Below, piece by piece: positions 30,146 through 40,100 of a stretch of 64,000 nt of DNA. Numbering within the stretch: the stretch's first letter is position 1; each line of letters starts with the position of its first letter. The translations under genes were made by a program, and so were the position numbers. Source of the stretch: a virus; IMG/VR virus record IMGVR_UViG_3300008952_002784, positions 64,001-128,000 of that record, one strand, 5' to 3'. The notes beneath the pieces were generated by a model. That model saw only the letters and a program-made list of their open reading frames with translations, was not told the DNA's origin and did no database searches.

Positions 30146-30705
30146 TGATTATTTTAGGTTTAGACATATCTACATCTAGTACTGGCTGGTGTATAATATC
30201 ACAATCAGGTGATGTTATTGAAAAAATCGAAATGGGATTTATTGATTTATCTAAAGAAAAAAGCATGTTTCGCAAAGCCAGGATTGTCAAAGATCAATTA
30301 ACACGATTGCACATCATGTATTCTGTAGATCGTGTATGCATAGAAGAAAATTTACAATCATTCCGTTCTGGGTTTTCTTCAGCTCAAACACTTTCTACAC
30401 TAGCAAGATTCAACGGAATGGTATCATATCTGTGTTATGAAGAATTCTCGTACGATCCCGAATTCATGAATGTCAATACAGCAAGAAAGAGTATAGGTAT
30501 TAAGCTTATTCGAAAGAAAGACGGCGGAAAACCAACCAAAGATCAAGTTCTAGAGTGGGTATCAGCTCTAAGTGAGCTAGAAGGTTATTCGTGGCCAACA
30601 AAGACACTCAAAAGTGGCCCTCGAAAAGGCAAGACTATACTAGATCCAAAATGCTTTGACATGGCCGACGCATATGTTATGGCGAGAGCAGCTGCAACAG
30701 CTTAA
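30145..30705 (+). CDS. ruvC: RuvC-like Holliday junction resolvase
   Basis: ILGLDISTSSTGW (catalytic Asp), VCIEE (Glu) and FDMADA (DxxD). GTG start overlaps the upstream TAG. Confidence 0.85.
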   Translation: MIILGLDISTSSTGWCIISQSGDVIEKIEMGFIDLSKEKSMFRKARIVKDQLTRLHIMYSVDRVCIEENLQSFRSGFSSAQTLSTLARFNGMVSYLCYEEFSYDPEFMNVNTARKSIGIKLIRKKDGGKPTKDQVLEWVSALSELEGYSWPTKTLKSGPRKGKTILDPKCFDMADAYVMARAAATA

Positions 30706-30737
30706 ACAAATCAACTATTTGTGATAATATTATAACA

Positions 30738-31706
30738 ATGAGTAGTTATAATGATAAATTGATGCTAGTCAGACGTGCCTTTGGGGCATGCGAGCTTAGC
30801 AGAGATAAAGTAAATGTTGCTGTTCGCTGCCCAAACTGTAATGACAAAAATGACTTTAAGAAAAAACTAGTTATCAAAATCGAAGACGGAATGTTTCATT
30901 GCTGGGTTTGTGGAATTAAGGGGAGGCGAATTGACAGACTTTTTCGTAAATTCGCCATATCACACACAGACAATGCTAGAAAATTATTTAGATGCACGAG
31001 CAATTACGAAGAAAGTATTATCAAAGATGAAGAAGAAGTTAAAGTTTCGATACCTAGCGGCTTTCAATTACTTGGTCGTGTCATGAATGCTAAGGATCCT
31101 GACATTCAAGAAACAATTCGATATGTAAAATCACGAGGTCTGACCCTTAGGGATATATGGTATTATAGATTAGGAACATGCTCAGCAGGAAGATTTCGAC
31201 GTCGTGTAATCATTCCATCTTTTAGTGAAGATGGAAAATTGAATTATTATTCAGGAAGAACTATCGATGCTGACAATTCTAGAAAGTATATGAATGTCGC
31301 AGTATCAAAGAATAAGATTATCTTTAATGACATTAACATTGACTGGCAGAAAGACTTGACATTAGTTGAGGGGCCTTTTGACCTTATGAAATGTAGAATG
31401 AATTCAACATGCCTTCTAGGGTCTCAACTATCAGAATCATCAGACTTATTTCGAAAAATTATAAAGAATCAAACTTCAGTCACATTAGCTTTAGATCAAG
31501 ATGCAATTGTTAAATCTCACAATATTGCAAAATGCTTGAGTGAATTTGGAATTAGGGTTAGAATGCTGAACATACCAAGTACAAAAGATGTCGGCGATCT
31601 AGATGCTGATATTGTTTCAAAGCTATATTCTAAATCTACGTTGTGGAATAGTAATGATAGACTTCGAAGTATGATCAAATCAATGAGTACAGGCTCTTTG
31701 CTATAG
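30738..31706 (+). CDS. DNA primase-like protein (Zn-binding + TOPRIM; T4 gp61/DnaG type)
   Basis: CPNC...FHCWVC zinc motif, RRVIIP...YYSGR...KYMN, and TOPRIM motifs LVEGPFD and LALDQDA. Confidence 0.8.
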   Translation: MSSYNDKLMLVRRAFGACELSRDKVNVAVRCPNCNDKNDFKKKLVIKIEDGMFHCWVCGIKGRRIDRLFRKFAISHTDNARKLFRCTSNYEESIIKDEEEVKVSIPSGFQLLGRVMNAKDPDIQETIRYVKSRGLTLRDIWYYRLGTCSAGRFRRRVIIPSFSEDGKLNYYSGRTIDADNSRKYMNVAVSKNKIIFNDINIDWQKDLTLVEGPFDLMKCRMNSTCLLGSQLSESSDLFRKIIKNQTSVTLALDQDAIVKSHNIAKCLSEFGIRVRMLNIPSTKDVGDLDADIVSKLYSKSTLWNSNDRLRSMIKSMSTGSLL

Positions 31707-31717
31707 ACAGGAAACGA

Positions 31718-34700
31718 ATGAGTTTAAAATGTGTACATATTAGTGACATTCACTGGCGAGGATTGACTCGACATGATGAGTATGTCGAGTCATTTACAGC
31801 AATGTTTGACAATATAAAAGCTCTAAACCCAGATGTAATATTCATTGGTGGCGATATTGTTCATTCTAAGACACAAGGCATATCCCCAGAGATTATCGAC
31901 AAGCTTACCTGGTGGTTTACTATGATGGCAGATTTGTGTCCAACACACATCATTCTGGGTAATCATGATGGGCTTATATTGAATAAGAGCCGACAAGATG
32001 CAATAACTCCAATTATTAATGCAATTGATAATGACAATCTATTTTTATATAAAAAGTCCGGAACATACCCAATTGGTGTCCCGGGATTCAACTGGTGTAT
32101 ATTTTCTTGTTTTGATGAAGAAGGGTGGAAAGATGTCAAGCCAACCCCGGGTGACATCAATATTGCAACGTTTCACGGGGGAGTTAACGGATCGACAACA
32201 GACATAGAGTGGGAAATCGAAGGGGACGTTGACTTAGACTTTTTCGATGACTATGACTTTGCATTCTTGGGTGACATACACAAGGTCCAGTACCTTGACA
32301 AAGAAAAGCGAGTGGCCTACCCCGGATCTACAATTCAACAAAATTACGGTGAAGATCCAGGTAAAGGATTTCTATTCTGGGAAATTGAAGATAAAGACAC
32401 ATACAAAAGCACGTTCTACGAAATACCGCACAGTAAGCCATTCGTAACTATTGACTGGACTGGTGATGTCAGAACAACAGTAGAAGAAGCATTAAAATAC
32501 CCAGTAGGCGCTAGATTTAGAGTTAGAGTTGCTTCTCACATAAATCAAACTGAAATAAAACACTTGCACAGTGCCCTTAAGGATTATAGAAATGCAACTG
32601 AAATTGTTTTCAAATATGATAAAAAATCAGATCTTTCAGTTGTCTCAATCGATTCAGGAAAAATACACACCCAAGATCTTCAAAGTGTTTCAACACAAAC
32701 ACGATTAATGCGTGAGTATTACAAAAGTATGAACCTTTCAGACGAAGAGTGGAAAAGATTAGACAAATTAGTATTACAATATACATCGAAAGCTATAAAA
32801 AAAGATGCAGCAAGAAATATAAAGTGGACAATCAACAAGCTAGAATTTGATAATTTATTTTCATATGGCAAAGATAATGTAATTAATTTTGATTCAATGA
32901 CCGGAATCACTGGAATATTTGGAAAGAATCGATCAGGAAAATCGTCGATCCCAGGATCTTTGATGTACGGCTTATATAACACTACAGATCGAGGATCGAT
33001 TTCTAATTTGCATGTAATCAATATGAGGAAAGGCTATTGCCGAGCTCGAATTTATATGAGTGCTAATGGAAAAAATTACTTGGTAGATCGTCAATCTACC
33101 AAGAAGTCTAATAGAAAGGGAAAAATTAGCGCTACTACACACTTAAACTTAAGCGAAGTTGATGAATCTGGAAATGTAATAGTTGACATGAATGGCGAAC
33201 AGAGAAGAGCAACTGAAAAGACGTTGAGGACTCTGGTGGGCACACCTGAAGATTTCCTGATGACATCATTAGCTAGTCAGGGAGAAATGAATAACTTTAT
33301 CAAGAATGGCGCAACCCAAAGAAAGTCAATATTGACTAAATTCTTGGATTTGAATATTTTCGATGATATGATGGCTTTGGCTAAAGATGAATCTTCGCAA
33401 ATTAAAGCGCTGCTTAGTAGTTCATCAGATAGAGACTGGGATACATTAATTACAGAAAAGGGAATTGACAAGCGATCGAACGTACGATTGCGCCTAGATT
33501 TAGAGAATAATCTGACTAAGCTTCGTTCGAACATGGAAGAACTTAAGATATCTATGGCAACGAGCAAAGACAGTGAGCTAGTAACACAAATTGATATCGA
33601 CAAGCAACAAGAAGCTATTGAGTTATCACAATCTGAACTTAAGTCAATAGAGGAAAACTGTAATAAAATAAACAAAAGCATAGCGTCAGTACAATCAAAA
33701 ATATCATCAATTCAGACACTCAAGAGTCAATTTCCAATTGATGATCTCACAGAACGATATGAAGCACAGCAAGATTTAGAACGGGCATTGACAGATTTGA
33801 GTCATATTCATGAAAAGTCAAAGATTCTTCTCAAGGGACAAAAAAAATCTGTCAAGATTTTAGAAGATGTTCCATGCGGGGATCAATTTCCCAAGTGTAA
33901 ATTTATAAAAAATTCACACACTGCTAAGAAAAAAATAGACGAACAACAAAATCTCGTCAAAGAAAATTATGACAAAGTTAAATCTGCAAAAAAATCATTG
34001 AATACTCTCAAGAATGAATGCTTGCATGATAAAATTGAAAAATATGATGCAATATTGAGAAAAGAGAGTTCGCTACAAATAAATCTAAGAGATGAAAAAT
34101 TGTCACTCTCTGCAGTAGTATCTAGAAGAAAAATTGTAATAGATTCAATATCTGATGCTAGCAGAGATTTGCAAAGCATGAAATTAAGGGCTTCTGATAC
34201 TGAAGACGCAAAGAAAATGAGTTATGCTAGAAAAGAAATCCAGGCACTCACTGATCAGATCAATGACTTAGACACACAAAGAAGTGAATTAACAAAGACA
34301 GTAGGTCGACTTGATGCAGAGATTAAGAGCTTGAAAGCGGAGAAAGAAAAATATAATGACTTGATCCTCAGGTGGAAAACTTATACTCTATTCATGAATG
34401 CTGTGTCAAAAAAGGGAATTCCCTTGCAAATAATGTCAGCTCAGCTTCCAGTAATAAATGATGAAATATCAAAGATATTGCAGGGTGTTGTAGGATTTAC
34501 TGTAGAGCTCGAAGCAGACCCCAATTCCAATCAAATGGAAATATATATTAACTACGGCGATTCTAGAAGAATTATTGAATGTGGTAGTGGCATGGAGAAA
34601 ATGATGGCATCTTTGGCAATTAGAGTAGCACTTATCAATATGAGTGCCCTTCCAAAGCCGGGACTGCTTATCATTGATGAAGGGTTTGGGGCTCTAGATG

Positions 34701-34858
34701 ACATGAATGTTGAATCATGCGGGCGATTATTGAACTCACTCAAGCAGTGGTTTAGAAATATTTTAGTAATATCTCATGTTGATGCTGTAAAAGACATGGT
34801 AGACAATGTACTGCCCATAACCCAAAAAGAAAAGAATTCTATGGTGAAGTATGAATAA
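31718..34858 (+). CDS. Fused SbcD/Mre11-like nuclease + SbcC/Rad50-like ATPase (T4 gp47-gp46 fusion)
   Basis: Phosphoesterase motifs SDIH, GGDIVH, GNHD, LGDIH; Walker A GKNRSGKS; Q-loop SQGE; long coiled coil with central CGDQFPKC; signature GSGME; Walker B IIDEGFGALD; H-loop VISH. One uninterrupted 1046-aa ORF. Confidence 0.92.
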   Translation: MSLKCVHISDIHWRGLTRHDEYVESFTAMFDNIKALNPDVIFIGGDIVHSKTQGISPEIIDKLTWWFTMMADLCPTHIILGNHDGLILNKSRQDAITPIINAIDNDNLFLYKKSGTYPIGVPGFNWCIFSCFDEEGWKDVKPTPGDINIATFHGGVNGSTTDIEWEIEGDVDLDFFDDYDFAFLGDIHKVQYLDKEKRVAYPGSTIQQNYGEDPGKGFLFWEIEDKDTYKSTFYEIPHSKPFVTIDWTGDVRTTVEEALKYPVGARFRVRVASHINQTEIKHLHSALKDYRNATEIVFKYDKKSDLSVVSIDSGKIHTQDLQSVSTQTRLMREYYKSMNLSDEEWKRLDKLVLQYTSKAIKKDAARNIKWTINKLEFDNLFSYGKDNVINFDSMTGITGIFGKNRSGKSSIPGSLMYGLYNTTDRGSISNLHVINMRKGYCRARIYMSANGKNYLVDRQSTKKSNRKGKISATTHLNLSEVDESGNVIVDMNGEQRRATEKTLRTLVGTPEDFLMTSLASQGEMNNFIKNGATQRKSILTKFLDLNIFDDMMALAKDESSQIKALLSSSSDRDWDTLITEKGIDKRSNVRLRLDLENNLTKLRSNMEELKISMATSKDSELVTQIDIDKQQEAIELSQSELKSIEENCNKINKSIASVQSKISSIQTLKSQFPIDDLTERYEAQQDLERALTDLSHIHEKSKILLKGQKKSVKILEDVPCGDQFPKCKFIKNSHTAKKKIDEQQNLVKENYDKVKSAKKSLNTLKNECLHDKIEKYDAILRKESSLQINLRDEKLSLSAVVSRRKIVIDSISDASRDLQSMKLRASDTEDAKKMSYARKEIQALTDQINDLDTQRSELTKTVGRLDAEIKSLKAEKEKYNDLILRWKTYTLFMNAVSKKGIPLQIMSAQLPVINDEISKILQGVVGFTVELEADPNSNQMEIYINYGDSRRIIECGSGMEKMMASLAIRVALINMSALPKPGLLIIDEGFGALDDMNVESCGRLLNSLKQWFRNILVISHVDAVKDMVDNVLPITQKEKNSMVKYE

Positions 34859-35129
34859 CGAAAAAAAATACTATGAGAACGGATTTTGGATAATCGGAAA
34901 AGAACCAGAAGATTTAGTACCTACTGACTGCCCATTATGTAATTTGTCAATGAGAGACATGAAAGACATAACGTCATATGAGTCTTATAAGGTGTGTAAT
35001 ACATGCAAAGTTGAGTTAATTGAACCCAACAAGATAAAATATAATAAGGGCTGGCGCCCCGGAAAAGAAGAAATGACAAATATAAGAAAGTATGAGTTAG
35101 CTCGACCATCATATTTATTGAAGCAATAG
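34851..35129 (+). CDS. Small zinc-finger protein
   Basis: 92 aa with CPLC...CNTC; overlaps the upstream stop codon. Confidence 0.6.
   Translation: MNNEKKYYENGFWIIGKEPEDLVPTDCPLCNLSMRDMKDITSYESYKVCNTCKVELIEPNKIKYNKGWRPGKEEMTNIRKYELARPSYLLKQ
35111..35118 (+). promoter_or_regulatory. Putative late promoter motif (ATATTTAT) upstream of terminase operon
   Basis: Exact consensus, 23 nt before the ATG at 35142. Confidence 0.45.
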
Positions 35130-35141
35130 GAGCACAGCGTA

Positions 35142-35519
35142 ATGAAAGAAATACATGTCCGAGCAATTGGTGAAGCGCTTAATACAACTTTTGGTCGAGA
35201 AAGTAGTCCAACAGGTAAGCAGTCAATAACATACTCACAGCACGGAGAGAAGTTAGTACTTAAGTTTACTTCAATCGTACACTTTGCTGAAGAGAGAGGA
35301 CTGCACATGCAGGTTGATAATATTGCCCATGAGGCAGTTCAATTACTGACAACTAAGCTAGCTGAACTTAAGTCATATTTTAAAGAAAGAACCGGCGAGA
35401 CTCTCAAGCTCAAAGAGCAGGGTAATAATGACAACATTGAATTAATTAGTGGTTCATCAAATTCACCTCGCAAGATAGCATATTATAAACGAAATCATAT
35501 ATTTCAAATACAGATGTAA
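35142..35519 (+). CDS. Hypothetical protein coupled to large terminase
   Basis: 125 aa with AGGAG RBS; TAATG overlap with the terminase gene. Confidence 0.6.
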   Translation: MKEIHVRAIGEALNTTFGRESSPTGKQSITYSQHGEKLVLKFTSIVHFAEERGLHMQVDNIAHEAVQLLTTKLAELKSYFKERTGETLKLKEQGNNDNIELISGSSNSPRKIAYYKRNHIFQIQM

Positions 35520-37114
35520 TGGCCCCAACGACTAAGCAAAGGCAAATTAAAGAAATAGTCAAGTGCGGCAAAGACCCTGTTTATTTTATAAACCGATACC
35601 TGAAAATACAGCACCCAACCCGGGGCTTAATTCAATTTGACACTTATCCATTTCAAGATGAATGTATTAACGACTTTAATGAGCATAGATTCAACATAAT
35701 CTTAAAGTCTAGACAGTTGGGTATATCAACAATATCTGCAGCATATGCTGTTTGGCTTGGGTGCTTTTATAGAGATAAGTCTATTCTGATTATAGCAACT
35801 AAGCTTGCAGTTGCACAGAATTTTATTAAGAAAGTAAAGGTCGCAATTAGAAGCATGCCCAAGTGGCTTTTAGTCCCGGAAATTGTATCAAACAACAAGC
35901 AGACAATTGAATTTAGCAACGGTTCACAGATTAAAGCAGTTCCAACATCTGATGATGCAGGTCGTTCTGAAGCATTGTCGCTTCTAATTGTAGATGAAGC
36001 TGCTTTTATTAGGAATTTTGATGAGTTATTTACAGGATTATATCCCACACTAACTACCGGTGGCCGCGCTGTTATTCTCTCAACACCGAACGGAGTGGGT
36101 GGACAGTATCATGATCTTTGGATAAAAGCAGAGTCAGGAGAGAATGAGTTCAACCCAATTAAGCTTCCATGGGATATCCACCCAGACCATGATGTTGAGT
36201 GGTTCAAGAATGAATCTAAAAACTTGACTAAAAAGCAAGTAGCACAAGAGTTGTTGTGCGACTTTGCAGCTTCAGGTGACACAGTACTCAACAATGATGA
36301 TATTGAGTGGCTTGGATCATCGATACGACCACCAATTGAGAGGTGGGGACCAAACATGTCAGTCTGGGTATGGAAATACAGCCTCAGTGATCATCAATAC
36401 ATAATTTCAGCTGATGTTTCTCGGGGCGACTCTGGTGACTATAGCACATTTCATGTAATAGACACAGGGGAATCAGAAATTGTTGCTGAGTTCAAGTGCA
36501 AAATCCCGCCAGATCAATTTGCAATACTTTTGGCAGAGGCAGGTAAAAGATATAACACCGCGGTCTTATGCCCGGAAAATAATACGTATGGTTACGCTGT
36601 GATCATGAAATTATGTGAGCTAGATTATCCCAATCTCTATTATAAGAATGAAAAGGATAAATTTGCAGCTCTTTATGGAACTGGTGAAGTTGAGATTCAC
36701 AAGATAGGCTTTACAACATCGGGCAAATCTAGAAATCAAATACTGACTAAGCTTGAGCAGGTCATAAGAAACAAAGAAATCAAGTCATACTCTTCGAGAC
36801 TTTATGAAGAAGCTAAAACATTCATATGGAAGGGTCATAAGGCTCAAGCACAAAAAGGGAAGAACGATGACCTAATAATGTCATTAGCAATTGGGTTGTG
36901 GCTTTTTGATACTTCCCCAGTACATAGTCGTCATTCTTATGACCTAAATAAAGCAATGCTTGAAGGCTTTGGGGTAAATTCGAATAGTAAAGACACAATA
37001 GTTAACCCATGGGCCGGAAAAAATTATAACCCATTCAAGACATTTTCCGTTCAGACTATGCCAGAGTCAGGAAGCATTACCCCATATGGAGACATGTCGT
37101 GGTTACTTAAGTAG
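35519..37114 (+). CDS. terL: Terminase large subunit (T4 gp17-like)
   Basis: YPFQ adenine motif, Walker A KSRQLGIST, Walker B LLIVDEAAF, coupling motif STPNG, nuclease ISADVSRG...DYS, and KNDDLIMS. Confidence 0.96.
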   Translation: MAPTTKQRQIKEIVKCGKDPVYFINRYLKIQHPTRGLIQFDTYPFQDECINDFNEHRFNIILKSRQLGISTISAAYAVWLGCFYRDKSILIIATKLAVAQNFIKKVKVAIRSMPKWLLVPEIVSNNKQTIEFSNGSQIKAVPTSDDAGRSEALSLLIVDEAAFIRNFDELFTGLYPTLTTGGRAVILSTPNGVGGQYHDLWIKAESGENEFNPIKLPWDIHPDHDVEWFKNESKNLTKKQVAQELLCDFAASGDTVLNNDDIEWLGSSIRPPIERWGPNMSVWVWKYSLSDHQYIISADVSRGDSGDYSTFHVIDTGESEIVAEFKCKIPPDQFAILLAEAGKRYNTAVLCPENNTYGYAVIMKLCELDYPNLYYKNEKDKFAALYGTGEVEIHKIGFTTSGKSRNQILTKLEQVIRNKEIKSYSSRLYEEAKTFIWKGHKAQAQKGKNDDLIMSLAIGLWLFDTSPVHSRHSYDLNKAMLEGFGVNSNSKDTIVNPWAGKNYNPFKTFSVQTMPESGSITPYGDMSWLLK

Positions 37115-37178
37115 TTTATGGTGCATAATATACGATTAGAATCCTACTTATAGAAAAAGTGACTGTTATAGGTGGCAG

Positions 37179-40100
37179 ATGTCAAAGAAACCCGCGAATT
37201 TATTCGTTAGATTAACTAAATTATTTAGATCCGGCCCGGTAATCAAGAAGAAGGTGAAAAACTATGAACCTTCGTCTACATCAACTGCGCTTGAAATATT
37301 TAAGCAATCACACAGCGATGTCTACAATAGTACACTGTCAAGCTACGGTCAATTTGACAGAATGTGTCTAGATCTGAATACTATGATTGCTGTTCCAGGC
37401 ATAGAGAAGTATGTAAGTCTTGGAAGCTTAATCGATCAGTATGCGGATGGAGAAAAGTTTATTGTTTATGCATATGATCACGAAATACAGCAAATTGTTC
37501 CAGCATGGGCACATCACCCAAGATCCTCGGGCATTAGAAAAACTGTAAAAATAACATTTGACGATGGATCAAATTTGATTTGCACACATGATCATCCTTG
37601 TATGATGAGAGATGGATCTTTTGTAGAAGCTGCCAAACTTAATAAAAATGATTCAATGATGCCATTTTATCGCAAAGATTTTTCAGGCGGTGAAAGTGGA
37701 TATTATAATATCTACACAATGGAGAAGCATGGGTGGAACGGATGGACATCTGAGCATAGATTAATTGCAGAGTGGAAAGAGGAGAGAAGTGTCGAAAGAA
37801 AATCAGAGCACGTTCACCATAAAGACTTTAATCCTTCTAACAATACACCTGAAAATTTAGTGATAATGAATGCTCATGATCATTTGTCTATGCATGCTAA
37901 ATTAGCAACGCATATGAAATCGCCAAAGATGAGAGAACATCTTTCAAGACTTCAAAAAGAAAAGTGGGCGAATGATGATGGAACAAGAAGAAAGAACTTA
38001 GTCTCATTCAATAAGCGTTCTGACATTATTGAAAAGAGGCGACAGCATGCTACTGAAAATAACCAATCTAAAAACCCAAGTGTAGCAAAGAAAATATCTG
38101 AAAAAGCTATCAAAAGATATTCTAACCCTCACTGGAAAGAGTTTGCTTCTAAGCAAACATCTAGATTACACAAAGAAGGGAAGCTTAAAGTTACAAAGAA
38201 CTTTAGCAATTACTGGTCTGGGAAAACCCGACCACAAGCTTGGAAAGATGCTAGATCTGGAAAAGCAAATCATGCATTTGTCAATATTGAAAAAGATGAT
38301 TTGATAGACGCTATCCTTAGACATACAAAAAGAAAAGATGTTGCCATAGAAATGGGAGTATCACCCAGCACAGTAAAAAGAAGAGCAAGTGATCTATTTG
38401 ATCTAAACAGCTGGAAAGAAATAGTTGAACATGTACATCTTAGCTATCAAAATCACAAAGTAATCTCTGTAGAGCCTTGGGTATCACTAGAGACCGGAGA
38501 CATAACAGTCGATGGGTATGAAAATTTTGCTACAGACACAATAATTGTACATAATTCTCGCTACGGAGATTTTTCAGAAATGGAATCAACGCCTGAGATT
38601 GCTTCTGCACTAGACATATATGCAGAAGAGTGCGTATCACCATCTGCTAGCGGAGAAGTATTACACATCCACTCAGACAATCGAAAGATTCAAGAGATTC
38701 TCGAGGGATTATTTCATGATACACTAAACGTCGACTTCAATCTTGTAATGTGGGTAAGAAATCTTGTAAAGTACGGAGACTTCTTTTTATTCAACGATAT
38801 TTCACCAGAGTATGGTGTCATAAATGCATTCCCAATAGCAATATCAGAAATTGAAAGAGAAGAAGGCTTTGATAAGGATGATCCTGCAGCTGTCCGTTTT
38901 CGCTGGATTACTCAGGGCAATCAAGTATTAGAAAACTGGCAAGTATCTCACTTTAGACTTCTTGGTAATGACGCTTTTCTTCCTTACGGATCATCTGTTT
39001 TAGAATCGTCTCGCAGAATTTGGCGGCAATTAATTCTGATCGAAGATGCGATGTTAGTGTATCGAGTCATTCGTGCTCCTGAGCGACGAGTATTTTATAT
39101 TGATGTGGGTAATGTTCCGCCTGAAGATGTTGGAAATTATCTTGAGCAAGCAAAAACTAGCCTCAAGCGGAATCAGATTGTTGATAAAGATACTGGAAAA
39201 GTTGACCTGAGATACAATCCGCTTTGTATATATGGCGATAATAAAGTTCCTCTCTTAGATGGACGCACAATAAAAATAAAAGATTTGGTTGCTGAGTGGA
39301 ATGACGATAAAAGAGATCAAGAAGTATATTCTGTCAATCTCAAAGACGGAGGCACAATTGTTCCTGGAAAAATAATCTGGGCAGGAAAAACTGGAGAAGT
39401 AGAAAAGTTAATAGAAGTAGAGCTTGACGATGGTGGTTTGTACAGGGTAACGCCTGATCACAAGTTGATGCTACGAGATGGTAATCCAATAAAGGCAAAA
39501 GATCTGAAGCTTGGTGATTCGTTGATGCCGCTCTACAGACGTTATCAAGATATTTCACCAAATAAAAAGAATGCAAAGTATGAGCAAGTATATGTTCCAA
39601 AGCAAGATAAATTTGTGTACACACATCGTGTCGTTGCTGCTAGTAAGTACGATATAGCACTCAATGATGCATTTTTGCGTGTCAAGGATCATGTTGTTCA
39701 TCATGCAAATTTCAATAAGCATGATAACTCATCAGATAATTTGGTGTTAATGGAGCGAGATGAACATTCAAGATTACATGCAGAAATAGGTAGAAAGCAT
39801 CTGGTTAGATACAACAAATCAGATGAAAAAAGAAAGAAGCAGACTAAGTGGAATATTGAAAGAAATTCTATTGAAGCAATGTCATGGTATAACGGATCTG
39901 AACTTCATAAATCTCACAATAAGGCTCGAAAAGAAGCACAGCTTAAGTCTTGGGCGAGCAATAAAGAAAAGCGTTCAAAAGCAATGCGCTATAATTTTGA
40001 TGATGTATGTGTACAACTTTTAGGTGACATAGCTAGACAGCTAGACAAAAAAGTGAGCTTTGAAAATTTTGCTAATCTTGTTCGACATGATGAAACTTTT

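Noticed and set aside
35142-35519. Small terminase subunit call based on position
   Set aside because: The position fits, but I could not see gp16-like or HTH features, so it is left hypothetical.
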